From: Nanobdellota archaeon
GTDB taxonomy: Archaea; Nanobdellota; Nanobdellia; Woesearchaeales; CG1-02-33-12
Assembly (NCBI GenBank): GCA_018819345.1
Contig: JAHJQG010000040.1
Span: 1-56,662, forward strand
Direction: 5' to 3'
Length of the DNA stretch: 56,662 nucleotides
The notes below the pieces were generated by a model. The model was given only the letters and a program-made list of their open reading frames with translations. It had not been told where the DNA came from and made no database searches. The translations under genes and the position numbers were made by a program. Shown piece by piece: positions 24,485 to 34,569 of the stretch; the first letter of the stretch is position 1; each line of letters starts with the position of its first letter.

Positions 24485-24512
24485 GGTTTTCGCAAGCATT
24501 TCTGTGCATAAT
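24485..24512. repeat. 28-nt exact repeat, second copy (see 15717-15744)
   Basis: Identical 28-mer. On the minus strand it is followed by the TATA-like tttagtataa (24468-24477), pointing toward the hairpin cluster. Confidence 0.85.
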
Positions 24513-24591
24513 ACTTTTAGGAGTAAAAACAAAATATTTAAATATAACCTATAATTAGTATCAATTGATACTATTAGTAGTATAATTTAAA

Positions 24592-25200
24592 ATGTTTACA
24601 AGAACCCAAGAACAAATTTTGATTTTTTTATTAAGCAAACCAGAAGAGCAGCTTACAATTAGAGGTATTGCGAAAAGACTGGGCAAATCATACACATTAG
24701 TTTATAATAATATTGCTAAACTAGAGAAGGAAAGCATTATTAGGAAACAAAATGTTCCTCCTGGGCAGATTATAACATTAAATGAATTTGCACCCACAGA
24801 AATTTTTGTTGATATTGAACTAAAAAGAAAAAAAGAATTCCTAAAAAAATATCCATGGGTGCAAGTAATGCTTAGGGATATTTTGTTATCTACTAAAAAT
24901 CTTTTTTTTACTCTGCTTGTTTTTGGCTCTTATGCTAAAGCAACACAAACAAAGAGTTCTGATTTTGACTTATTAATCATTGTGCAGGACAAAAAAGATA
25001 TAAAGGATGTAGAGTATGCTATAGGGGGGGCTTATACCAAAGTTAAAAAAGGATTGAATTTTGTTGATATAAATGATTTTAAAGAAATGATTAAAAATAC
25101 AAACGAATTGAATATTGGAAATGAAGCAAAAAAACACCACATTGTACTATATGGAGTAGAAGTATACTATCAATTGCTAGAAAGGATTTATAAAAGATGA
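24592..25200 (+). CDS. wHTH-fused MNT-type nucleotidyltransferase
   Basis: 202 aa. N-terminal wHTH (LTIRGIAKRLGKSYTLVYNNIAKLEKESII) and VFGSYAKATQTKSSDFDLLI. Confidence 0.7.
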   Translation: MFTRTQEQILIFLLSKPEEQLTIRGIAKRLGKSYTLVYNNIAKLEKESIIRKQNVPPGQIITLNEFAPTEIFVDIELKRKKEFLKKYPWVQVMLRDILLSTKNLFFTLLVFGSYAKATQTKSSDFDLLIIVQDKKDIKDVEYAIGGAYTKVKKGLNFVDINDFKEMIKNTNELNIGNEAKKHHIVLYGVEVYYQLLERIYKR

Positions 25201-25823
25201 AAGTAAATGATGTAATAAAAAATAAAATTAAAATTGCTGAAAAAAGAGTCCTAGAACTTGTTAAAGCAGGCAATCTAAAGAAGCTCTCTGAAACAGAAAA
25301 ACATCAAATAAGCAGATTCTATGAAGAGAAAAGTAAGAATAGGTTAGAAACAGCAAAGATTATCTATAATGCCTCAAAAGGCTCATATAAAGAAGGAATT
25401 AGTGAGGGATACAAAGATTATGCAGAAGTTGTAGCTGCAGCCTATTATTCTATGTATTATATTGTTCATGCATTTTTAGCATTAAAATATAAAACAAAAC
25501 TTAGAGAAGGTTTAAGGGGCGTTCACGCAATAACTGAACACATTATACTCTACTATCTTGTTAAGACTAAAAAATTAGCAAAACACCTTTATGAAGAATA
25601 TTTAAAGACCTATGAAACCACTGCTCAAATTCAAAAATTTAATGTAGAGGATTTTCAAGAACAGGCCTATAAATATGCTAAACAATATGATGAAAGCCGA
25701 ACTGCAAGAGAAATATTCACTTATAATGTTACACCAAGTGTAGAAGAGTATAATACCAAGCAAGCAATTAGTGCTGCAGAAGAATTTATTAATACTATAA
25801 GGCAAGTTATGATTCAAAAATAA
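25197..25823 (+). CDS. HEPN-domain protein, partner of the upstream NTase
   Basis: 208 aa. AAAYYSMYYIVHAFLALKY...GVHAITEH. 4-nt ATGA overlap with the NTase gene. Confidence 0.6.
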   Translation: MKVNDVIKNKIKIAEKRVLELVKAGNLKKLSETEKHQISRFYEEKSKNRLETAKIIYNASKGSYKEGISEGYKDYAEVVAAAYYSMYYIVHAFLALKYKTKLREGLRGVHAITEHIILYYLVKTKKLAKHLYEEYLKTYETTAQIQKFNVEDFQEQAYKYAKQYDESRTAREIFTYNVTPSVEEYNTKQAISAAEEFINTIRQVMIQK

Positions 25824-25886
25824 AAAAAGCAAACATTCTTTAATAATAAATGATTAGGTTAGGGTAGCAAGAAAAATTGGGGTTAG

Positions 25887-26828
25887 ATGTTGAAAATGGT
25901 ATTAATATGTAATTATTATGTAAGTATGAGATGTAATTCAAAATGTGAATTCTGTAATATTTGGAATTCCAAAGATAATTCATTGGCGAAATATTCAGAT
26001 TTTGAAAACAACATAAAAGATTTAAAAGCTTTAGGAGTAAAATTAATTGACTTTACGGGTGGAGAACCATTAATGAATCCAGAAATAGATTTGTTCTTAA
26101 AATTAGCAAAAGTATATAAAATTAGAACTGCATTAACAACTAACGCTATTTTATTTCCAAAGAAATGGAGAAAGATACATAATCTCGTTGATATCTTAAG
26201 TTTTTCATTGGATGGTTATAACGAAGATACACATAACAAAATTAGGGGAGTCAATTGCTTCAATAGTTTAATGGAAAGTATTAGTATAGCCCAAAAGGAG
26301 AGATTTAATTTTTATATTATACATACAATTACTAATAAAAATTATAAGAACCTGGGCCGAGTATTATCTTTAGCAAAACAAAAAAAATTTTTAGTAAAAA
26401 TCAATCCTGAGTTCAGTTATTTTAGAAATAGTGGTTTTAATAGAGCTTACATAAGAGAGATTTTAAAATATAAACACCATCCAAACATATTAATTAATTA
26501 TGCTCAATTAAAATTTCTCAAGAAAAATTATGTAAACCCTCCTTGTAAGATAGCAAAAACAAACATTGTAATTAGTTCAAGTAATGAATTAATTTTACCA
26601 TGCTTTCATCATCAAATTAAGAAATTGAAAATAAACTCTAACTTGAAGAAAATTTATAAATCCCCTGAAGTCAGAAAACTTTTAAAAAATGCAGGTAAGT
26701 TTAACTTTTGTAGAGGATGTTCACTTTGGTGTTATTTCGTTCCGTCTTTTTTATATAATATAAATTTTTTTAAAGATAATATAAAATGTGGTATTGATTA
26801 TCTTTTAAAAAAAAGAAGATTAAATTAG
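25887..26828 (+). CDS. radical SAM protein
   Basis: 313 aa. CNSKCEFC (CxxxCxxC), a GGEPL glycine motif and a Cys-rich tail CRGCSLWC. Confidence 0.8.
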   Translation: MLKMVLICNYYVSMRCNSKCEFCNIWNSKDNSLAKYSDFENNIKDLKALGVKLIDFTGGEPLMNPEIDLFLKLAKVYKIRTALTTNAILFPKKWRKIHNLVDILSFSLDGYNEDTHNKIRGVNCFNSLMESISIAQKERFNFYIIHTITNKNYKNLGRVLSLAKQKKFLVKINPEFSYFRNSGFNRAYIREILKYKHHPNILINYAQLKFLKKNYVNPPCKIAKTNIVISSSNELILPCFHHQIKKLKINSNLKKIYKSPEVRKLLKNAGKFNFCRGCSLWCYFVPSFLYNINFFKDNIKCGIDYLLKKRRLN

Positions 26829-26904
26829 TGGTACAATAATAAAAACTGAAAAATCAAAATAAGTACACTGTAATGATTTAACAACTAAAAATAAAGGCAA
26901 TTTC

Positions 26905-28026
26905 ATGAAAATTGGCATATTCACAAATGTTTACAAGCCAGTCATAAATGGTGTTGTTAATTCGATATCTTCTTTCAAAAAAGGGCTGGAAGAGCTTGGG
27001 CATGATGTTTACATATTTGCCCCAAAACACCCAAATTATAAAGACAATGAAAAAGGAATATTTAGGATTGAATCTATAAGATTATCTTCAAAAGAGAAAT
27101 ACAGGCTGTCGCTTCCAATATTCAGAAAATCACTAAAAGTTATCAAACAACTGGATATTATACATACACAGTATCCATTTATTATGGGAAACTACGGCTC
27201 TTTTTTTGCAGATTGGTATAATAAACCACTGATTTTTACCCACCATACTCAATATGAAAAATATACCCATTATATCCCATTTGAGCAGGAGATAACAAAA
27301 AAATTTACAAGATGGATTGTAAGAGATTATGCCAATAAATGCGATTGTGTAATAGCTCCTTCTGAGAGCATTAAAAAGATGCTTCTAAACCAAGGAATCA
27401 GATCAAGGATTGAGGTTGTTCCAACAGGCATTAACCTAGAGGTTTTTGGAAATCCCAACAGGGAAATTATCAGAAAAAAATACAACCTTGGTCAAGAGCA
27501 AAAACTGCTTTTATATGCCGGAAGGATAGCAAAAGAAAAAAATCTTGAGTTTCTCCTGAAAGCATTTAAGCTTGTTCTTAATAAAAAGCCAAACACTTAT
27601 TTGATGCTTGTCGGTCGTTGCACTAAAAAAAATTATTTAATTGATTTAATCAAAAAACTTCATTTGGAGACAAAGGTTTTTTTAGTTGGGCACTCAAATG
27701 CTGTGCAGAATTATTATGGGGCAGCAGACCTTTTTGTCTTCAGTTCTGTGACTGAAACCCAAGGCCTGGTTTTAGTCGAGGCAATGGCAGCAGGAACACC
27801 TGTTGTTGCAGTTGATTCTCCAGGAATAAGAGAGGTAGTTGATGGAAAAAACGGATTGTTGGCTAAAGAATCCCTGACTGAATTTAGTGAAAAAGTAATC
27901 AAGGTGCTTGATGACAACAAGTTAAGGGAAAAAATGTCTAAGAATGCAAGAAAAACAGCAAGCAATTATTCAATCTCAAAAATGTCCAGAAAAATGCTTA
28001 AAGTCTATAAGTCAGTTTTAAAGTAA
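26905..28026 (+). CDS. glycosyltransferase family 4
   Basis: 373 aa. GRIAKEKN ... ETQGLVLVEAMAAGTPVVA (EX7E-type). Confidence 0.85.
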   Translation: MKIGIFTNVYKPVINGVVNSISSFKKGLEELGHDVYIFAPKHPNYKDNEKGIFRIESIRLSSKEKYRLSLPIFRKSLKVIKQLDIIHTQYPFIMGNYGSFFADWYNKPLIFTHHTQYEKYTHYIPFEQEITKKFTRWIVRDYANKCDCVIAPSESIKKMLLNQGIRSRIEVVPTGINLEVFGNPNREIIRKKYNLGQEQKLLLYAGRIAKEKNLEFLLKAFKLVLNKKPNTYLMLVGRCTKKNYLIDLIKKLHLETKVFLVGHSNAVQNYYGAADLFVFSSVTETQGLVLVEAMAAGTPVVAVDSPGIREVVDGKNGLLAKESLTEFSEKVIKVLDDNKLREKMSKNARKTASNYSISKMSRKMLKVYKSVLK

Positions 28027-28878
28027 TTATTTTTTTTCTGCATAAAAAATTCCATATTCCCATAAATTTTCTTTCAAAGCCTTATGTTGAAAATATGCCC
28101 CAATCACATTTTTTGTTTGAAATTTATTTCTAATTCCAAGGAAATTGGAAATATAAGTAACAATAAAACCAGGAAAAGAAGCCAGATACATTCTTTTAGA
28201 TGAATTCATAACCTTATCATTAATTTTTTCATATATTATATTTTTGAATCCTATAGCCTTTGATCTGGTTTTAAAAAATAATGGGGTTTCCAAAGAATCA
28301 ACTGCCCAGCTATTTAACCATTTATTTATTAATTTTTTTTCCTTCTCAGAAAAATTTGATTTTGAGTTAAAACCATCAGCAACAACCAATCTTCCTCTCT
28401 TTTTTAATAATCTATAAGCTTCTCTCAGGAATTTTTCTTTGTTAGAATAACAAACACTTTCTAATGCAAAAATAACATCAAAACTATTTGATTTGAATTT
28501 TGTATTCATGTAATCCTGATTTGAAAAATTAACTAAGGAGCTTACATTAAGCTTTTTTGCAAGTTTTTTGGCTTTATCAACCTGATTCTGGGAAATTGTA
28601 ATTCCTTCAATTTTACAGCCGATTTTTCTAGCAATAAAGATGGAAGTTCCTCCAATTCCGCATCCAGCATCCAGAATTCTGTCGGTTTTTTTTATTTTTG
28701 CTTTTTCTATTATTATTTCATTGAATCTTAAGAGAGACTGGTCAAAATTTTTTACTTTTTCATCCCAGTATCCATAATGAAAAGCATAACTTTTATTCAG
28801 ATGCCAAAGAAGCTTATAGTCAATTTCACAGGAATCATAATATTTGATTATCTGTTCATTATTGGATTTCATATTCAA
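28027..28878 (-). CDS. class I SAM-dependent methyltransferase
   Basis: 283 aa. ILDAGCGIGGTSIFIA motif I. Confidence 0.8.
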   Translation of the reverse strand: MNMKSNNEQIIKYYDSCEIDYKLLWHLNKSYAFHYGYWDEKVKNFDQSLLRFNEIIIEKAKIKKTDRILDAGCGIGGTSIFIARKIGCKIEGITISQNQVDKAKKLAKKLNVSSLVNFSNQDYMNTKFKSNSFDVIFALESVCYSNKEKFLREAYRLLKKRGRLVVADGFNSKSNFSEKEKKLINKWLNSWAVDSLETPLFFKTRSKAIGFKNIIYEKINDKVMNSSKRMYLASFPGFIVTYISNFLGIRNKFQTKNVIGAYFQHKALKENLWEYGIFYAEKK

Positions 28879-28905
28879 TAAGAAAATTTAAATTTAATTA
28901 ATAAA

Positions 28906-29280
28906 TCACTCTTCTTCTTTCTTAAAGCTTTCTGGAAGGTCGATGAGGTATTTCCCTTCTTCCAGCTTGTATATCAGTGGCCTTTTCTTGAACAGATTAA
29001 CAATATCAAGCTCATACTTTCCAGGCTTGAGTATTCTTATTGACTCCAGGTCAAGAACAACTGGCTTTTCCACTCCTCTTTCTATGCCAATAAGGTCAAA
29101 AACATCTTTTTCAATCTCATCTTTTTCTTTAGTTGTCAAGTCAGTTACTATGTTTTTTGTCTCTTCAAGCTTTTTTTTGCTTATGTAAAAGAATAATCTT
29201 CCGCCGCACGGGCAGCCCTTTAATATCTCTTCAGCTCCATCATCATAGAGTTTTCCACACCTGACACATTGATGAGGCAT
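28906..29280 (-). CDS. Zn-ribbon protein (DUF2072/COG3364-like)
   Basis: 124 aa. CVRCG...CPCGG. Conserved archaeal trio with DUF2073 and a small GTPase. Confidence 0.6.
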   Translation of the reverse strand: MPHQCVRCGKLYDDGAEEILKGCPCGGRLFFYISKKKLEETKNIVTDLTTKEKDEIEKDVFDLIGIERGVEKPVVLDLESIRILKPGKYELDIVNLFKKRPLIYKLEEGKYLIDLPESFKKEEE

Positions 29281-29293
29281 TTTATCTCAAGAA

Positions 29294-29689
29294 TTAGCTC
29301 TTCCTCCTTTTTCTTGCTTTAGTATCATCTTCAGTAAGAAGCTGTATCTTATCAGGATCTTTTTTTATCTCTCTTACAACAGATGCAGGCCCGATAATGG
29401 TTAAGCCCTGCCTGTCACCCAACAGCATATTAACAAAATTTCTTTTTATCTTTCTGAATAAGTCACTCTCTTTCTTGTCTGGATAGATAACAGAAAGCTC
29501 TATTCCCTTGAAATCCTTGTCTATCTCTTCCATTGTTGCTTTTATAAGCTCTGTTTCTTCCTCTTTTCTTAATCTGCCCTGTAACAAAACTATCCTGTTT
29601 TCCTTTGTTATGTTAAGGAGTTTTCTTATTCTTCCAACAGAGCTGAGATATTCTATTTCAGTGTATGGAACAAACTGCAATGTTAACAT
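29294..29689 (-). CDS. DUF2073-family archaeal protein
   Basis: 131 aa. IVLLQGRLRKEEETELIKATMEEID..FKGIE. Gene context supports the call. Confidence 0.55.
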   Translation of the reverse strand: MLTLQFVPYTEIEYLSSVGRIRKLLNITKENRIVLLQGRLRKEEETELIKATMEEIDKDFKGIELSVIYPDKKESDLFRKIKRNFVNMLLGDRQGLTIIGPASVVREIKKDPDKIQLLTEDDTKARKRRKS

Positions 29690-30321
29690 TATCCTACCAC
29701 CTTAAATAATCCTTCGTAAAACTCATCAATATTGTTGCCATACTTAGCAGATATCCCAACAACATGATACTGTGGAAATGCTGACTGGACTTTTTTTATC
29801 TTTGCCTTCTTTAAATCTACTTTATTGGCTACTATCAAAACAGGAATCTTCCTTGCCTCTAAGTTTCCGATGATTGTTATGTTAACCTGCGAATATGGGT
29901 CTTTTGTTGCATCAAGAACAACAACCACTGTGTCCATGTTGTCAAGCCACCTTATAGAATCTATAACCCCTTTTGTTGCCTCTTTTGCCCTTTTCTTGGC
30001 TTTGGTTGCAGTCAGACCAAACTTCATAAAATCCTCATAATCAATCTTGGTTGCAATTCCTGGAGTGTCAACAAGATTAAAAGAAATCTCTTTTTTGCCG
30101 CTTTTGATGCTTATCTGCTCTTTTATCTGTATCTCCCTTGTTTCATGGGGTATGTTTGTTACCTTGCCCATGCTCTCTCCCAGCCAGTCCTCGCAGATTT
30201 TATTGGCCAAAGTAGTCTTGCCAGCATTTGGCGGCCCATATAAGCCAAGCTTTATGTGCTTTTTCCTCCTGAAAAGGTTTTTAAAGAAAGTTTTTATGAA
30301 TTTCTCAAATATATTTGCCAT
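29689..30321 (-). CDS. small GTP-binding protein
   Basis: 210 aa. G1 GPPNAGKTT, G3 DTPG, G4 NKVD. Confidence 0.8.
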   Translation of the reverse strand: MANIFEKFIKTFFKNLFRRKKHIKLGLYGPPNAGKTTLANKICEDWLGESMGKVTNIPHETREIQIKEQISIKSGKKEISFNLVDTPGIATKIDYEDFMKFGLTATKAKKRAKEATKGVIDSIRWLDNMDTVVVVLDATKDPYSQVNITIIGNLEARKIPVLIVANKVDLKKAKIKKVQSAFPQYHVVGISAKYGNNIDEFYEGLFKVVG

Positions 30322-30449
30322 TTTTGTAAATTATAGTTTAACTATTATATATAAAGTTTTGGTTTTTAAGTATGAATTATATACCTAAATCTATTTTATC
30401 TCTGCTTATTATTCACAACCAGACTAAAAATAAAACAAACATTTACCTC

Positions 30450-31448
30450 TTAGAAATATTTGTTTATGTATTCGTGAGCATAATATGCAGCAGTCACTCC
30501 TTGTGAGACTCCTATGATTGCCTGCTTCCATTCAGTGTTTGTGACATCGCCTATAGCATAAAATCCCGGAATGTTTGTCTCTGACCTTTGGTTAATTATT
30601 ACTTCTCCTTTGGCATTTAAATTAACTTTAATATCATCTGCTAATTTGCTAAGCGGGGTAAGGCCTATATAAATAAATACACCTTCTAATTTCAATTCTG
30701 TGCTTCCTTTGTATGGCTTATTAAAAACAACTTTCTCAACACTGTCTTTGCCTTTTATCTCTTTTACTTCAATGCTGTTTATGACTTCTATCTTATTTTT
30801 CTGGATATTCTCCTGCAATTTTTTAGAGTTTGAGAATTCAGGATGAAGCTCCTCTTCATTGTTTATGATGTAAATTTTTTTTGCATATCCTGTGAGCAGA
30901 TTAGCTTCTTTTACAGCACTATCCCCCCCGCCTATTACTGCGATGATCTTGTTTTTTACATGATTGGCATCACAAAGAGCACAATAATAAACTCCTTTTC
31001 CAAAAAATTCCTTTTCCCCAGGAACACCTAGCTTTTTCACTTTAGTGCCTGTTGCAAAAATAATGGTTTTGCTGTTAAATGCTTTTTTCTCAAGATGGAC
31101 TGTAAATATTTCTTTCTCTGATTTTTTCACAGAAATTTTTTCAACTATGTCTGTAAGAATATCAACATCATAATCCATTGCATGATTTTCTATGAGCTGG
31201 GCAAGCTTCTGGCCGTCTATGGAAACAAAGCCAGGGTAGTTCTCCACAGTTCCTGTTAGTGCTATTGTTCCTCCAGGCACTTCTCCAATTACCAGGGTTT
31301 TGAGCCCTAATCTTGCAGCATACATACCTGATGCTAAACCTGCCACCCCTGTGCCAATGATTATTACATCATACAGTATTGATTCATTAGGCTCGTGATT
31401 ATAGTTGTTTCTTGGTTCAAATATTATTTCTTCTTTTGTGTTTGGCAT
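30450..31448 (-). CDS. trxB: thioredoxin-disulfide reductase
   Basis: 332 aa. IIIGTGVAGLASGMYAAR, redox CALCD and GGGDSA. Confidence 0.85.
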   Translation of the reverse strand: MPNTKEEIIFEPRNNYNHEPNESILYDVIIIGTGVAGLASGMYAARLGLKTLVIGEVPGGTIALTGTVENYPGFVSIDGQKLAQLIENHAMDYDVDILTDIVEKISVKKSEKEIFTVHLEKKAFNSKTIIFATGTKVKKLGVPGEKEFFGKGVYYCALCDANHVKNKIIAVIGGGDSAVKEANLLTGYAKKIYIINNEEELHPEFSNSKKLQENIQKNKIEVINSIEVKEIKGKDSVEKVVFNKPYKGSTELKLEGVFIYIGLTPLSKLADDIKVNLNAKGEVIINQRSETNIPGFYAIGDVTNTEWKQAIIGVSQGVTAAYYAHEYINKYF

Positions 31449-31458
31449 TGTTCCCTCC

Positions 31459-32664
31459 TTATCTTAGAAGATGCGGTGCAAAAACTAAGATAATTCCTAA
31501 TATTGTAAGTATAACTCCTCCCAGTAATCTGCAATATTTTGCATATTTCTCTCCTAAAGAGCTTCCGATTGCAAATGCAGCCATGCTAAAAATAACTAAA
31601 TCATCCAGCATGAAAAACAAGGTGTACAATCCTATGTATGCATAATGCTGCAAAGTCGATAATCCGCTGATAGCAAGTATTTGCGTAAAAACAGCTGGTA
31701 TTGCAGAAGAGCATACAAACTCAACTGAGTTGACAACAAAAGCAAGCCCAATTATTGATAATATAATTGCAATTGAAAGAGGCTGGGAAATTATTTTCCG
31801 GATTTTAGTCATTGTTTTTTCATGTGATTGCTCATCACCCACTTCGCAAGCCAGATCTCCTTTAGTTGTGAAATATTCCTTTAAATGAATTATTCCTCCA
31901 CCTAATGCAACAAGCCCGATAAGTATTGTCAAAATCCTTATATATCCTATGAAGAGAAATAGGTTTATCCATGCAGTCATAAATAGAAAGTAAAGTACTC
32001 CGGAAGCAAGGACAAAACTGCCAATAATAACCCATATTTTCTTCCTGTCTTTTATGCCTATCAAAAGCCCAATTAAATAAACAAGAACCCACATGGCGCA
32101 GGGATTAAAGCCGTCAATAAGCCCAAGGACTATTGCTAAAACAGGTATTGAAAAAGCTGTTAAGTCTGTTCTTCCAATAAAAGGCAGTTCAAAATCTTTA
32201 AAACTTGATTTTACTTCCTGAGACATAACATGATGACTTCCATTAGCAATGCACTTTTCCCTGCATTCATGTATGGTCTCTTTGATTTGCTCTTTGGAAT
32301 GGACTCCTATTAAAGGGTGCTTTTCAACAAAGATTGTAGGAACTGCAAGCCCTGATTTATCAAGCCCTGATTCTGCAGCTAACCTGTAGAACAACGCAGA
32401 GCCTTCCTTGGATGAGGCATCATATGAATAGAAGTTTACATCTTTCATTTCCTCTTTAAGCTCATTGAATATTGGCTTTTGTTCAGTGCAATGAGGGCAG
32501 GCAGGAAGATAAAAGAATATGACTGAGAACCCATCATCCTGGCTAATTTTTGGCTCGCTTGTAAAAATAAATGCAAATGCCCCCATGATTATCAATGCTA
32601 TGACTAAGTAAATGTTAAATTTGGATTCAAAAAACTTTTTTATAGCTGACAATATAGGATTCAT
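31459..32664 (-). CDS. thioredoxin-fold (CPHC) domain fused to a CcdA/DsbD-like membrane electron-transfer domain
   Basis: 401 aa. N-terminal TM, YLPACPHC, then a multi-TM region with DGFNPCAMW. Confidence 0.7.
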   Translation of the reverse strand: MNPILSAIKKFFESKFNIYLVIALIIMGAFAFIFTSEPKISQDDGFSVIFFYLPACPHCTEQKPIFNELKEEMKDVNFYSYDASSKEGSALFYRLAAESGLDKSGLAVPTIFVEKHPLIGVHSKEQIKETIHECREKCIANGSHHVMSQEVKSSFKDFELPFIGRTDLTAFSIPVLAIVLGLIDGFNPCAMWVLVYLIGLLIGIKDRKKIWVIIGSFVLASGVLYFLFMTAWINLFLFIGYIRILTILIGLVALGGGIIHLKEYFTTKGDLACEVGDEQSHEKTMTKIRKIISQPLSIAIILSIIGLAFVVNSVEFVCSSAIPAVFTQILAISGLSTLQHYAYIGLYTLFFMLDDLVIFSMAAFAIGSSLGEKYAKYCRLLGGVILTILGIILVFAPHLLR

Positions 32665-32894
32665 TCTATTCCCAGTGCCTCTTTTAGTTTCTTAAGGTCA
32701 TACCCTGTAATGATTTTTCCATCCACTTCAGTAACAGGCACGTTTTCCTGGTTGCTTTTTTTAGCCATTTCAGCTCCTTTTTCCTTGTCTTTAAAAACAT
32801 CTATTTCTTCAAAACTAATGTTGTTTTTCTTAAGATAGTTTTTTATAATAATGCAGTATGGGCATATTGGTGTGGTATAGATAATTACTTTCAT
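32661..32894 (-). CDS. glutaredoxin/NrdH-like small redoxin
   Basis: 77 aa. IYTTPICPYC. Confidence 0.75.
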   Translation of the reverse strand: MKVIIYTTPICPYCIIIKNYLKKNNISFEEIDVFKDKEKGAEMAKKSNQENVPVTEVDGKIITGYDLKKLKEALGIE

Positions 32895-32896
32895 GG

Positions 32897-33259
32897 TTAA
32901 TACTCCTTTTTATTTTTCATGCAACAACTTTTTTTAAAAATCTTTCCTTTAGTATTGCCTAATGCCCTGAAAACATCACAAACCCTGTAATCCTTGATTT
33001 TGTAAAAAACCTGTTTTCCTTCTTTTCTTGATTCCAGGATTCCGCAGCTTTTTAATTTGCCTAACTGGATTGAAACTGTTGACTGTGTTCTTTTTGTATG
33101 CGGAATTATCTCGCAAACACATTTCTCTCCATCCAAAAGAAATTCTACTATTTTCAGCCTTGTTTCATCTGACAAGGCTTTTAAGATTCTTAGTGATTTT
33201 TCCATATTTACATATTGATAATTGTCAATATTTATAAATTTAATGTTTTTTGTGGACAT
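32897..33259 (-). CDS. ArsR/SmtB-family transcriptional regulator
   Basis: 120 aa. LKALSDETRLKIVEFLLDGEKCVCEI. Confidence 0.8.
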   Translation of the reverse strand: MSTKNIKFINIDNYQYVNMEKSLRILKALSDETRLKIVEFLLDGEKCVCEIIPHTKRTQSTVSIQLGKLKSCGILESRKEGKQVFYKIKDYRVCDVFRALGNTKGKIFKKSCCMKNKKEY

Positions 33260-33324
33260 TGATTAGAAGTTATTTATTAGGATTTTCAATTAGATGGTTT
33301 TAAAATTTAGAAGAAGTAGGAAAA

Positions 33325-34512
33325 TTATTCTCTTTTTATCTGTAGGCCATACTTTATTATTTCCTCTGCCTTGTCAATGTCTTCTTTTTTTACTGTTTTT
33401 CTTAGTTCCATTCTTGCCGCCGCCTTTGCAATCCTCATGAGGCCAATTACAATCCTTGGTGAGATTTCAATTAAATATTTCTTTTCATCCTTTTTCAGCT
33501 CTGTTGAGAACTCAACAACCTGCTTTTCAAACTCTTTTGGAAACTCAACATCAACCTGCTCTGCAAAATCAACATAATCTTTTATGAATTCCATGTCTTT
33601 TATGTTGACTTTCATCTTGTCGTTCTGGACTATCTTTTTTGTTATTTTTGCAAACCTTTCAAGCCCGGGCTTTCTTATTAAAAAAACCAGATGGAATCTT
33701 GTCAAAAGAGCAGAATCAAATGGAATCTGCTGTTTCAATATGCTTATTATATTTCCAACAAAGCGATCTCCCTTAGGGTTGGATGTTGCAATAACCCTTA
33801 CTTTAGCATCAAGCTGAAAATGCTTGTTTGCTTTATCATAAGTGATAAATCCTTTTTCCATTGCAGAATACAAGGCAGCATAGTCTGTTTTTTTCATTAA
33901 ATTTAGCTCGTCAATGCAGCATATTCCCTCATTTGCCATTGGAAGAAGCCCCCTTATTATCTCATTTCCCTTAACAGCAGCTGAAAGCCCTGCTTTGGAA
34001 GCTCCGGAGCCAAGTCCAAAAGAAGTTATTGGATGCAAATTACTTACTGACCTTAGTATATCTGTTTTTCCTGTTCCAGGGTCTCCCAAAAGAAGTATAT
34101 GAATTGGTTCTGTTGCAAGAAGCTGTAAAGCTGCTGCTTCTTTTGCAAGCCCAAGGCCAAATATATTTGGTGCAATAAACTCTTTTATTGTTTTTCTTGC
34201 TCTCTCAGAAAATAACCTGAATGCTCTTCTCTTAAGCTTTCCCTCAATCTCCTTGTTTGTTTTTTCTACAAACAACTGCGTCTCATTATCCTCTAAAGCC
34301 AGGTTAAGCTGTGGAAATAAAACATCATCACCAATTTTTTCAGATATCCCAAGGCTTGAAAAGGAAACACCAATTTTTTTGTTCTTCAGAAGATTCTTTA
34401 TTCTCTTCAAATCCCTTGGCTCAAGGTATTTATCTAGCTCAGACATGTAGTCTTTTTCCTTTTTTGAGAAAGGCCTTACAAAATGAATAAATTTCATGAA
34501 ATCAGATGCCAT
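33325..34512 (-). CDS. divergent MCM-family AAA+ ATPase lacking the canonical N-terminal OB/Zn domain
   Basis: 395 aa. LLLGDPGTGKTDIL (Walker A), CCIDELNLM (Walker B), YSAMEKGFITYDKA, ATSNP and LLTRFHLVF (Arg finger), with a wHTH-like tail. Only about 110 aa precede the AAA+ core. Confidence 0.7.
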   Translation of the reverse strand: MASDFMKFIHFVRPFSKKEKDYMSELDKYLEPRDLKRIKNLLKNKKIGVSFSSLGISEKIGDDVLFPQLNLALEDNETQLFVEKTNKEIEGKLKRRAFRLFSERARKTIKEFIAPNIFGLGLAKEAAALQLLATEPIHILLLGDPGTGKTDILRSVSNLHPITSFGLGSGASKAGLSAAVKGNEIIRGLLPMANEGICCIDELNLMKKTDYAALYSAMEKGFITYDKANKHFQLDAKVRVIATSNPKGDRFVGNIISILKQQIPFDSALLTRFHLVFLIRKPGLERFAKITKKIVQNDKMKVNIKDMEFIKDYVDFAEQVDVEFPKEFEKQVVEFSTELKKDEKKYLIEISPRIVIGLMRIAKAAARMELRKTVKKEDIDKAEEIIKYGLQIKRE

Positions 34513-34569
34513 AACTATTATTAAGAAGTTAAAGATTATAAAGGTTTTGTTTTATTAGAGTTTAATAAA

